This document shows positions 9,901 through 17,902 of a DNA stretch of 64,000 nt, in pieces. This DNA is from Pirellulales bacterium. Lineage in GTDB: Bacteria; Planctomycetota; Planctomycetia; Pirellulales; JBFWUW01. Location: contig JBFWUW010000037.1 in the NCBI GenBank assembly GCA_050247075.1, forward strand, positions 1 through 64,000, written 5' to 3'. A program made the position numbers and the translations under genes. Positions within the stretch are counted from its first letter, which is position 1. Each line of letters starts with the position of its first letter. The notes beneath the pieces were generated by a model that saw nothing but the letters and a program-made list of their open reading frames with translations, did not search any database and was not told the DNA's origin.

Positions 9901-11183
9901 CATTGCTCGATGCGGAACCGCTGCACATCAACACGCTAGTCGCCTTCGCATCGCGAGCGTATCGTCGGCCGCTGACGGGCAAGGAATCTGGCGATCTGCG
10001 GGCCTTGTATCAAAGCCTGCGCGAGCAAGAACTGTCGCACGATGAAGCTTTTCGCTTTACGCTGGCCCGCCTGTTTGTGTCGCCCGCTTTCTTGTATCGG
10101 CTGGAAAAGGCCCCGCCGGGCGAACAGGCCGGCCCCGTCTCAGACTGGGAACTGGCCACGCGGTTGAGCTATTTTCTGTGGTCGTCGGCCCCGGACGATG
10201 AGCTGCGGGCGGCGGCTGCTGCGGGCCGGCTGCGCGAGCCGGAGGTGTTGGCCGCGCAGTCCAAGAGGATGCTGGCCGACGGCCGCGTGCGGAGGTTGGC
10301 GACGGAGTTTGCCTGCCAGTGGCTGCACATCTACGAGTTTGACGCCTTGGACGAAAAGAGCGAGCGGCACTTTCCCACGTTTCTCGATCTGCGGGATGAC
10401 ATGTATGAGGAGCCACGGAGGTTCTTTACCGACCTGTTCCAGCACGACGGGTCAATCTTGAGCATCTTTGACTGCGACCACACCTTCGTGAACGAGGCTT
10501 TGGCCGGGCATTACGACATGGCCGGCATCAGCGGACCCGAATGGCGGCGCGTGGCAGGTCAGAAGGAACTCGGCCGCGGCGGCATATTGGGGATGTCGGC
10601 CACGCTGGCCAAGCAGTCGGGCGCATCGCGGACCAGCCCTATTCTGCGCGGCAACTGGGTGTCGGAAGTCCTGTTGGGTGAAAAGCTGCCGCGTCCGCCC
10701 AAGGACGTGCCGCCGCTGCCCGACGACGAAACGGCCACCGCCGAACTGACCGTGCGGCAACTGGTCGAGCAACACACCAACGACGAGCGCTGCGCGTCGT
10801 GCCATCGGCGGATCGATCCTCTGGGTTTTGCCTTGGAGGGCTTCGATGCCATCGGCCGCCGCCGCGACAAAGACCTGGCCGGCCGGCCGGTGGATGAATC
10901 GAGCCAACTGGCCGACGGCACGCACATCGAAGGACTGGGCGGCTTGCGCGATTACCTGTTAACGGCCCGCCGCGATGCCGTGCTGCGGCAGTTCTGCCGC
11001 AAGCTGCTGGGATATGCCCTGGGCCGCGGAGTGCAACTCTCCGACGAGCCGCTGCTCACGGAAATGCGGCAAGCGTTGGAACAGCACGACTATCGGTTCT
11101 CTGTCGCCGTGGAGTCGATCGTCCGCAGCCCGCAATTTCGAGAAATCCGCGGTCGGGATGCAGCGATGGTGGAAGCGCAGTAG
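6981..11183 (+). CDS. Planctomycete-specific giant secreted protein with N-terminal cytochrome-c-like (PSCyt) CxxCH motif and C-terminal PSD/DUF1592-1595-1587-1588-1585-type region
   Basis: 1400 aa. It has a signal peptide (MLSLRQYAVVGWLIFLVAG), the motif CLDCHSSDKPEGELDLE (CxxCH), and a C-terminal CASCHRRIDPLGFALEGFDAIG motif typical of the DUF1585/1588 family in Rhodopirellula-like genomes. Confidence 0.75.
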   Translation: MLSLRQYAVVGWLIFLVAGRVGAAEPASESTEAFERLGKQYDSDVRPLLKQFCLDCHSSDKPEGELDLERFATLADVRTDTKVWLKAAEMLDNGEMPPKGSAQPLSQQRQSLRNWIAEYLDAEALASAGDPGPVVLRRLNNAEYTYTVRDLTAAELSPAREFPSDSAAGEGFTNTGSALVMSPALLTKYLDAGKDIASHAVLLPDGFRFSHSANRNDWINDILAQIRQLYFEQTDSAGGTRVNLQGIVFDTNGGGRLPVAAYLQATLAERDALAAGSKTTGDVAKERGLSPKYLAALWGMLNEKEGSLLLDRVRQRWKLARPEDAEALAAEIAVWQNALTRFQSVGHMKPWMTPAAPLTAQQEIRYKLPADAAGDVVFYLTALEAGDGAVGDAALWQRPRLVAPGRPDLLLRDVRRFTRLMASRRGQLFAATANCLKAAAEASLGDAEIDIAELARRHNTDASSLQSWLDFLGIGPTATQKLDLFQGKIVNASGYDFIRGWGSHDTPLLLANSSDQHVRVPGNMKPHGVTVHPSPTLQAAVGWRSPVSARLRVEGKVSHAHPECGNGIVWSLELRRGAVRQRLANGTAGGNRDAAIGPIESLAVRPGDLVSLLVGPRDGNHACDLTDLELTLKSDKPDGPAWSLTSDVSPDVQAGNPHADRLGNKDVWHFYTEPVSAASAGPDIPAGSLLARWQLADKADEKASLAKELQALLSGPPPADANHPDAALYQQLASLGGPLFAAEWQSLLNKPEDAGNDGQSPASEPATDEETAAPLPGLDPALFGKLPDGRRIDDADLCFAAPASMEIRLPADLAAGAEFVAVGTLVQTSEKQGSIQLQAAGDKPDDLTALRPDLPIVVRDGSAARQRFEKACDDFRSWFPAALCYTKIVPVDEVVTLTLFHREDEELSRLLLDDEQHARLDRLWQELHFISGDALTLVDAFAQLLEYASQDSDPKLFEPFRQPIMDRAAAFRQTLLDAEPLHINTLVAFASRAYRRPLTGKESGDLRALYQSLREQELSHDEAFRFTLARLFVSPAFLYRLEKAPPGEQAGPVSDWELATRLSYFLWSSAPDDELRAAAAAGRLREPEVLAAQSKRMLADGRVRRLATEFACQWLHIYEFDALDEKSERHFPTFLDLRDDMYEEPRRFFTDLFQHDGSILSIFDCDHTFVNEALAGHYDMAGISGPEWRRVAGQKELGRGGILGMSATLAKQSGASRTSPILRGNWVSEVLLGEKLPRPPKDVPPLPDDETATAELTVRQLVEQHTNDERCASCHRRIDPLGFALEGFDAIGRRRDKDLAGRPVDESSQLADGTHIEGLGGLRDYLLTARRDAVLRQFCRKLLGYALGRGVQLSDEPLLTEMRQALEQHDYRFSVAVESIVRSPQFREIRGRDAAMVEAQ

Positions 11184-11190
11184 GTTGCCG

Positions 11191-12681
11191 TCAATCCGGT
11201 AGCACTACAAACGCCGCAAACCCCGGCTCCGTCACGGGCAGTTCCGCATTGGGCATGCCGACTGGCGGCGGAGGCGTGATGGGTTGCATCGGCAAGCTTA
11301 CCAACTCGCCAGAGTAGATCCCCTCGGCCAACGTGGGACCATAAAAGTCCTTGACGCTGACCACGCGGAACTTTTGGCCTTGTTCCAAGACACCCGCCAA
11401 ATCGACCTCCACCTTCGGCAAGAGTTGCGGGTTGATGACTGCGATGTTGGCCCGGCCCGGTTGATAGGCATTGGGCCGCACGAAGACACGGAGCTTATCG
11501 GGCGCGCCCTTGGTAAAAGTACTCTCGCCGTCTACGTCCATTTGGCTGCGCCAATCGTCGAAGCTCATTCCGCGGCTCTTGCCGTTCTCCACGGCGGCGC
11601 AATCGCCCCAGCGGCCATCGGTAAGGTAGTAGTCGTTGTGGTCCCATTTCAGCCCGCTGAGCAACAGGTCGCCAGCCCCCTCGAGAATCGCCACATTGGA
11701 ATGGGCAACGACGGTATTCCGGCTGACCGTCGCCTGGCGAAAGTCCCGCAGCACCAAGCTACCCTCGCAGTAATTGCCGGTGCAGACGATGTCCTCGTTG
11801 GACGGTGGTCCCCAGGGATACCCCAGCCGCATGCCGTGGTTCAGAACAACGTTGTCCCGAACGGATGTTTGGGCGACCGGGCAACCACCGCCCACCATAA
11901 TGCCCTGGCCGCCATCCCCCTTGGCAAGTGCGCCGTTTTCAAAGGCGAAATTGCCATCAATCTCAAACCCCTTCAGCGAGGCTTTCTCCGAACCGTAGGC
12001 ATGGATGCCATAGCCAAATTGGTGGAACACCACGTTATCGGCAATTCGCTTGACGCCGCGAGCGTTCTGGGCGTAGATCGCGTGGCCGTGGCCGCGGTCG
12101 GGTCCCTGCCAGCCGTTGTTGTAAATCAAGCAGCCAGATACCTCTCCTCCCTCTCCCTCGGACCAAAGGCCAAACCCGCTCCCCAGATCGTGGACGACCA
12201 GATTCACCACCTTGATGCGGTCGCCGCGGACATCGATATTGCCCCGGTGAATGTCCTCGGGCCAAGAGCCAGCAATTTTGGTCTCGCGCAGCGGGTGCAG
12301 GCAAGTGACCTCAAAGTCGCGGTAGATGGTGTCTGCGCCGCCCAAGAAGAACAGGGCGTTGTCGCGGTCGTCGCGCGGCTGGGCGTCGATGATGGCCCGT
12401 TCGCCGGATGCCCCACGCACCACGATCGGCGCATCGGGCCGACCGGCCAGGCGCGAGGTGTACCCGCCTTGGTAGGTCCCCTCGTGCAGCCAAATAGTGT
12501 CGCCTGGCCGCACCACGGAAGGCGGCGAGAGGGCTGTCGCCAGGTCCCACGGTTCGGCCGCCGTGCCCGCGCCGGCGGCCGAACCCGATGGTGAGACATG
12601 AAACTCCGCCGCCGCTGCCGGCGCGGCCAACAACAAGCAGAACCAGCCACAATGCCAAACAGCCGCACGCAGAGTACACAT
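11191..12681 (-). CDS. secreted right-handed parallel beta-helix repeat protein (pectate-lyase-fold)
   Basis: Signal peptide MCTLRAAVWHCGWFCLLLAAPAAAAE. Contains repetitive NxxG/GHG beta-helix-like segments (NNGWQGPDRGHGHAIYAQNARG, VVLNHGMRLG). Catalytic type not determinable. Confidence 0.55.
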   Translation of the reverse strand: MCTLRAAVWHCGWFCLLLAAPAAAAEFHVSPSGSAAGAGTAAEPWDLATALSPPSVVRPGDTIWLHEGTYQGGYTSRLAGRPDAPIVVRGASGERAIIDAQPRDDRDNALFFLGGADTIYRDFEVTCLHPLRETKIAGSWPEDIHRGNIDVRGDRIKVVNLVVHDLGSGFGLWSEGEGGEVSGCLIYNNGWQGPDRGHGHAIYAQNARGVKRIADNVVFHQFGYGIHAYGSEKASLKGFEIDGNFAFENGALAKGDGGQGIMVGGGCPVAQTSVRDNVVLNHGMRLGYPWGPPSNEDIVCTGNYCEGSLVLRDFRQATVSRNTVVAHSNVAILEGAGDLLLSGLKWDHNDYYLTDGRWGDCAAVENGKSRGMSFDDWRSQMDVDGESTFTKGAPDKLRVFVRPNAYQPGRANIAVINPQLLPKVEVDLAGVLEQGQKFRVVSVKDFYGPTLAEGIYSGELVSLPMQPITPPPPVGMPNAELPVTEPGFAAFVVLPD

Positions 12682-12770
12682 CGCGGATTTCCCAGGAAGA
12701 ACAATCGGAATGGCTTTCCAATTAGCTCTTACATGGGAATCCGCCCAGTGCGGCGTGTCAACAGAGCGGG

Positions 12771-14855
12771 CTATTCCTCGCCACTCTCGTCGCCTTCGTC
12801 CCCGTTGTTTTCGTCCTCTTCGTCTTCCTGGGCACTTTCACCTGCTTCTTCGTCGGAGTCCTCGCCACCGTCGCGGCGTTCGGCCAGTTTTGCCCGCAGC
12901 GATTCCAACTCTTCCCGTAGTTCGTTGCGTTCGTCGGACAGCCGTTCGGCCTGTTCCGACAATTCGTTGACGCGCTCCTCCAACCGCTCGGTTCGTTCGG
13001 TCACGCGCTGGTCGAGCTCCTCCAACATTTCGTGCCAGCGGTTTTCCAATTCTCGCCAACCGCGGCGCAGCTCGCGTTCCGACTGCCGTCGTTCGCGTTC
13101 GATGGCGCGCTCCTCGCGGGCGCGTTCTTTTTCCTCCAGGTGCGAGGCCAACTCATCGAGTTCCGCCTGCAATTCATCCCGCTTACGGGCCAATTCGTCG
13201 ATGGCTTCACTCTCCTCGCGATCGTCCGCTTCCTCTTCCTCGTCGGACTCTTCGTCCATCTCCTCTTCGTCCCCTTCATCGTCGTCGGATTCATCTTCCA
13301 TTGACTCGTCGTCCTCATCGTCCGAGTCCTCATCGTCCGAGTCATCGTCGTCCGAGTCATCGTCGTCAGTCTCTTCCTCGTCGTCTTCCTCGTCGCGGTC
13401 GCCGGGATAAGCAAAGTTGGCCAATCCCAGGTTCGCATTCTCTCGCTCCGGTCCCGCCGATAACCCCCAAGCGCCGGTCAACATGATCAGCGCCAAGCCG
13501 GCCAACGTGGCCGCTCCCAAGCGCCATTGCAGACCGACGTGCCGTTCCAACACCTGTTCTCGTTCCAGCAACATGGTCATTCTCCTGTAGAATTCCGTCG
13601 AAGTCCGAAACACACCTGACACACTCAATCCCGCCTGGGCAAACCTTCCGCGGCCGACAATCAACGACACCAGCTCGCGGGCATACGTCTCTTTGTCCGA
13701 CTGGCCCGCCGCCCAGTCGTCGGCCAAAAGTTCTCGGCAAAGGCGTGCCCGGCCCCGCAACAGCCAATACAAGGGGTTCCAAAACAGCAGCGGCAGCGCG
13801 ATGTTAAACAGCGCCTGGCCCCAGGCGTCGCGCTGGCGAATATGCCCCAGTTCATGCCGCAGCACATGGGCCAATTGCGAGCGCCGCTCAACCAGGCAGC
13901 AACTTCGCGGCAGCACAATTGTCGGCCGCCACAAGCCAAATGTCACCGGACGCGGACAATGGCCGGAAACCAACAACCGGGGCCGTGCTCCCTCCCCGCA
14001 CAATTCGTACAGCAACCGCTCCAGCCAGCGCGGCGGCGTGGCGGCACGGTGTATCATGCGCCACAAAATGCATTGGCCGAATGCCAGCCAGGCCAGACAC
14101 AGTCCGGTGCCCATTGCCAGTAACATGGGAAGTTGCAACAACAAGGCATGCGGTCTCTTCACGGGAATTTCATGCTTGATCTGTTCGGCCGGAATCACGT
14201 CATGCTGGCTTGAAGGCTCGGCCAATGGCTCAACGGGCGGCGCTATGCTTTTCGCCGGTCGGGGATGAACGAAGGGGCTGGCCGCCGAACGCAACGACGG
14301 TTTGTTTTTAGGAGACCTGGTGCGGATAACCGTCGACTTCGTTCGCGCCGCGGGACGTTTATCGCCAGCCGAGGCAACCTTGCGTTCGGATCGTAGCCGC
14401 GCATGGCCCGCGCGGGCCTGTCCTTGGGAGACGCGAACTTGTCGCTGCGGCAACTTCTTGACGAGCCGCACGGTGACGTTATCCGCGCCTCGTGTTTTCG
14501 GTGCCGCGGTACCGCGGGCCACCGTTCGCGAATGTGCAACTGGCACTTCTAGAGAAGTCGGCGCGGTGGGTTCGAACTCCAACATCGTTTCGGGCATGGC
14601 ACTCTCATGTAATTCCCCAACAGTGAAATCTAAATGTTGGCTGCGAGAGGCCGCCGGCAAGTATTGCCGCCACGGCCGCGACAGGGGGAGGCAAGCCAAG
14701 GCCAGCCAGGCCAGCGATAGGCCCACCGTCAATTCCGCGCAGCGCAGTTGCCGAATTGGGCTGGAACACAGCAGCAAGCATGCTGTTCCCGCCAGTAACG
14801 CAGCGGTCGTCCCCAACGCCAGCATGGCGGCATGTTCGGCAAGGAAGGCAATCAT
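12771..14855 (-). CDS. BlaR1/MecR1-type M56 family membrane metalloprotease (sensor-transducer-like) with basic loop insertion and poly-acidic coiled-coil C-terminal tail
   Basis: HEXXH motif in the BlaR1-like context VLRHELGHIRQRDAW and four predicted TM segments. A ~150 aa K/R-rich insertion sits between TMs. The C-terminal ~250 aa are D/E-rich (DEEDDEEETDDDDSDDDDSDDEDSDDEDDE...) with heptad-like ELxxELxxL segments. The gene overlaps the blaI-like stop by 4 nt. Confidence 0.8.
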   Translation of the reverse strand: MIAFLAEHAAMLALGTTAALLAGTACLLLCSSPIRQLRCAELTVGLSLAWLALACLPLSRPWRQYLPAASRSQHLDFTVGELHESAMPETMLEFEPTAPTSLEVPVAHSRTVARGTAAPKTRGADNVTVRLVKKLPQRQVRVSQGQARAGHARLRSERKVASAGDKRPAARTKSTVIRTRSPKNKPSLRSAASPFVHPRPAKSIAPPVEPLAEPSSQHDVIPAEQIKHEIPVKRPHALLLQLPMLLAMGTGLCLAWLAFGQCILWRMIHRAATPPRWLERLLYELCGEGARPRLLVSGHCPRPVTFGLWRPTIVLPRSCCLVERRSQLAHVLRHELGHIRQRDAWGQALFNIALPLLFWNPLYWLLRGRARLCRELLADDWAAGQSDKETYARELVSLIVGRGRFAQAGLSVSGVFRTSTEFYRRMTMLLEREQVLERHVGLQWRLGAATLAGLALIMLTGAWGLSAGPERENANLGLANFAYPGDRDEEDDEEETDDDDSDDDDSDDEDSDDEDDESMEDESDDDEGDEEEMDEESDEEEEADDREESEAIDELARKRDELQAELDELASHLEEKERAREERAIERERRQSERELRRGWRELENRWHEMLEELDQRVTERTERLEERVNELSEQAERLSDERNELREELESLRAKLAERRDGGEDSDEEAGESAQEDEEDENNGDEGDESGEE

Positions 14856-15283
14856 GGCCGGCGCCCCCCGGCGCCTGGTCCCGTCTTGCGTCGGACCTTC
14901 GACAACAGCTCATCGAGCTTGCGTAGTTCCTCCACCGTCGGTTGCCGCAACGACAAGGCACTCTGCACCAATTGGTCCATCGCGCCGTCAAACAGCCGTT
15001 CCATCAGGCCCGACACCATCTGCTGACTGGTGTCGCTACGGGGCTGGGTCGGCCGATAAATAAACGACCGCCCCTCCGTGCGATGCGTAACCAGCCCTTT
15101 TTCCTCCATCGTCCGCAGAAACGCCTGTACCGTGTTTTGCACAATCGCAGCCTGGTCCCGCAAATCCTCGTACACCTCGCGAACCGTGGCTTCGCCCCGG
15201 TCCCACAAGACCTTGAGGATTTCCAGTTCGCGATCGGTCGGTTCCGTTTGAGCCATGCTCTCCTCCTGAAATTCCCGCTCCAT
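14852..15283 (-). CDS. BlaI/MecI/CopY family transcriptional repressor
   Basis: 143 aa. Winged-helix N-terminus ELEILKVLWDRGEATVREVYEDL is typical of the penicillinase repressor family. The gene is translationally coupled (ATGA overlap) to the M56 gene. Confidence 0.85.
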   Translation of the reverse strand: MEREFQEESMAQTEPTDRELEILKVLWDRGEATVREVYEDLRDQAAIVQNTVQAFLRTMEEKGLVTHRTEGRSFIYRPTQPRSDTSQQMVSGLMERLFDGAMDQLVQSALSLRQPTVEELRKLDELLSKVRRKTGPGAGGRRP

Positions 15284-15443
15284 GCCCCTGTCGCTTAATA
15301 TGGTACACTTACCAAACTAAGCTTAATCATGTCAAGGAAATTCCTGGCGAATTCTTGGAAGGGGCCGTCAGCGGAGAAGCGATCAGCCGTTAGCTTTCTT
15401 AAGGCAGACGATTCGACGTTGGAAACGCCGCCTAGGGACAGCG

Positions 15444-16958
15444 CTATGGCTGGATTTCGCGAATGGAAACCTCGGCCGTGCCGGTGTTATCGGCCAACGC
15501 CGCGGGTGAATCGTTGATGCGCAGGTAGAGCGTGCCGTCATGGGTCGGCAACAACGTGCTGAAAAGGCCCACGTTATCGTATTGCAACAGGGCGCTGGTA
15601 ACGTTCGGATCAACTTCGTCCGGACGGACGGCGGCTTGCAATATGCCCAACGGCGAACCGCGAAAATAATGGATCGACACGCCCCCTGGCTCGCTCCACC
15701 AGGCCTGGGGCTGTTGTTTTAATTGATACCGCCCGCTGGCCTCCACGCGGTAAGCCTTGTTCCGTTCCAGATGAATGCCCGTACTTTGCCAACCGGCATC
15801 GGCCGCTACTCTGACCGTTGCCCCCTTGGCGGGCAGCGGTTGGCCGGCCTCAAACCGCACCGCCATCCGCTCAAAGTCGTAGCCATAGTCAATATTGGCG
15901 ACGAACACCTGCCATTCCTCCAGCAATTCGCCCCATTCGTCGCCGTAGGCTTCTTGCAGCAATTGGTTGAAATTGGACTGGCGGGCCTGGTGGAACATCT
16001 GGCGAAAGCGGTCGCGATAACGCGGGTGCCCGTCCAAAAACGCTCCGGCCCCCCACGACCACCCGTACGACTCGTTGACCAGATGTGCCCGCGGCCCCAG
16101 CGCCAGCACCTTGGGAAACGTCAGCCCTTGCCGCGCGGCGTAGGCGTCTTTGACCAGCTTGACCCGCCCCCACAGCGGTAATTCCTCGCGCGACTTGGGA
16201 AAATACCCGGTGGTCAATTGTCCGTCGGCCCATAAATGCGTGCCAAAATATTCGGCCATCCCTTCGTTGTACCAAGGCGGGGCCACGTCGCTGACGTGGG
16301 CAAACATGAAAGCGTGCGTCCCCTCGTGCAGCATTAAATGCCGCCGATAATAGGCATTGGGCTGCTCCAGCATCCAAAACTCACGGCCCCGCGTATAACC
16401 GGAGGGAAATTCGGGCAAGTCGTCGTCCCACAGCCCGCACAGCCAAAACCGCTGTTTATCCGCCGCCAGAAAGGCGGTCGCCCGCCAACCGCTGTCTTCG
16501 GTGATCTCAAAATACTTTTGCCATTGGGGGACAGCCGCATCGAACACGGCTGGCAATTCGTCCACATCGGGACCGGCAGGCAGATCAGTGAAGAGCGTTA
16601 AATACTGGCCCTTCAATTCGCGGATGCCTTGTTCGCTCAGCCGCTCCTTGTCGATGGGCCGCGTGGCAACCTGCGGCACGGGGGGCTTGATATTCCGCGA
16701 GGAGGCGTTCGGCCCGGCTCTGTCTGGGCCGTTTCCAATGGCATCAGCCAGCGGAGAATCGGGATCGACCAACGGCTTATCGACCCTTGGCTGGCGCGGG
16801 CGGACAGGCTTCTTGGGACGCGGTGCCGCTGTATCCCCACTCGCTGGGCCAACCGCGGACGGCTGGGGAGCGACCGTGGCGGGAGGCGCGGCATCCCCAC
16901 AACCGGCCACGATCACCACCACCCAGGCAGCCAGGCACGAAAGCCCCTTGGGCATCAT
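15444..16958 (-). CDS. lipoprotein with HExxH motif (putative zinc metallopeptidase-like, DUF1570-like)
   Basis: The internal start gives MMPKGLSCLAAWVVVIVAGCGD (lipobox VAGC). The motif MLHEGTHAFMF is an HExxH variant. Secreted and about 500 aa, immediately upstream of blaI on the same strand. Confidence 0.55.
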   Translation of the reverse strand: MMPKGLSCLAAWVVVIVAGCGDAAPPATVAPQPSAVGPASGDTAAPRPKKPVRPRQPRVDKPLVDPDSPLADAIGNGPDRAGPNASSRNIKPPVPQVATRPIDKERLSEQGIRELKGQYLTLFTDLPAGPDVDELPAVFDAAVPQWQKYFEITEDSGWRATAFLAADKQRFWLCGLWDDDLPEFPSGYTRGREFWMLEQPNAYYRRHLMLHEGTHAFMFAHVSDVAPPWYNEGMAEYFGTHLWADGQLTTGYFPKSREELPLWGRVKLVKDAYAARQGLTFPKVLALGPRAHLVNESYGWSWGAGAFLDGHPRYRDRFRQMFHQARQSNFNQLLQEAYGDEWGELLEEWQVFVANIDYGYDFERMAVRFEAGQPLPAKGATVRVAADAGWQSTGIHLERNKAYRVEASGRYQLKQQPQAWWSEPGGVSIHYFRGSPLGILQAAVRPDEVDPNVTSALLQYDNVGLFSTLLPTHDGTLYLRINDSPAALADNTGTAEVSIREIQP

Positions 16959-17230
16959 TGGTCGATCAAAAAAGAACTGCCGAGCCATAAGACCGCCGCA
17001 TCGACGAATGCACCCCAACCACCAGGCCGCATGATCCTTTTCATTCTAACCAGACCGATCTTTCCTTGGCGAGCATGGCGTTAGTTGCGGAAACCCAAAG
17101 CAAACCAAAGGAGCGGCATCAGGGTCGGGTTGCTCCAGAAAGGTCTGGCCCTGTTGACCACGTTGCGCAGGCGGCCAGAAAACGGACAGGACGAGTCGCG
17201 GCGAACGATTGCATTGGCTATCTTGTGGCC

Positions 17231-17809
17231 ATGAGAGAAGTTACGGAAATTCTAAATCGGCTCCAGGCGGGGGGTAATGCGGAAGCCCGCGAGCTATTTG
17301 AACTGATCTACGACGAATTGCGCAAGCTCGCGGCGGCCCGGATCGAGCGGGAACCGGCCGGACAAACCTTGCAAGCAACTGCCCTTGTGCATGAGGCTTA
17401 CTTGCGGCTGGTCGATCAAGAGATTCCGCAATCTTGGGATTCTCGCGGGCATTTTTTCGCGGCTGCCGCCGAGGCGATGCGGAGAATCCTGGTCGAAAGC
17501 GCCCGCCGGCGAAAGAGCCTGAAACGAGGCGGCCACCTGACTCCGCGCGAATACAACGATTCACAAATCGCCGCTCCAGAAGAAGCGGGTGATGTAGAAG
17601 CCCTGCATGAGGCGCTGAATGAATTCGGCCAGGTTGATCCTCGCGCCTGCGAGTTGGTCAAGCTGCGCTGTTTTGCTGGCATGACGTTGGAACAGGCTGC
17701 CGAAGTGCTGGGCATTTCGCGCAGAACAGCCGCCCGCTTGTGGACTTATGCCCGCGCCTGGCTTCACCAGCGCCTGGGGCTTGGCTTGGGGCAAGAAGAC
17801 TTACCGTGA
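17231..17809 (+). CDS. ECF-type RNA polymerase sigma factor (TIGR02999/Sig70_X6-like, kinase-associated group)
   Basis: MREVTEILNRLQAGGNAEARELFELIYDELRKLAAARI... matches the ECF family that in Planctomycetes and Verrucomicrobia sits next to Ser/Thr kinases. The sigma-4 region AGMTLEQAAEVLGISRRTAARLW is present. ATG 17231 is preferred over the track start 17066, giving 192 aa. Confidence 0.85.
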   Translation: MREVTEILNRLQAGGNAEARELFELIYDELRKLAAARIEREPAGQTLQATALVHEAYLRLVDQEIPQSWDSRGHFFAAAAEAMRRILVESARRRKSLKRGGHLTPREYNDSQIAAPEEAGDVEALHEALNEFGQVDPRACELVKLRCFAGMTLEQAAEVLGISRRTAARLWTYARAWLHQRLGLGLGQEDLP

Positions 17810-17902
17810 AAAACCCAAAAAAAGTTTGGCACGCTTCAGCGTGAGATTTCGCATTGATGGATGGAAAAGGCGATTAAGACATGAAATACAGGAACCGCTC
17901 TG

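Noticed and set aside
12598-13410. 270-aa Ser-rich ORF on the plus strand
   Set aside because: It is the antisense of the GAn-rich codons encoding the poly-Asp/Glu tail of the M56 protein. No start context. Compositional artefact.
17066-17230. 55-codon N-terminal extension of the ECF sigma factor ORF
   Set aside because: The extension lacks similarity to sigma-factor region 2 and would give an atypically long ECF protein. The internal ATG at 17231 starts exactly at the conserved MREVTEILNRLQAGG box. Kept as an alternative only.
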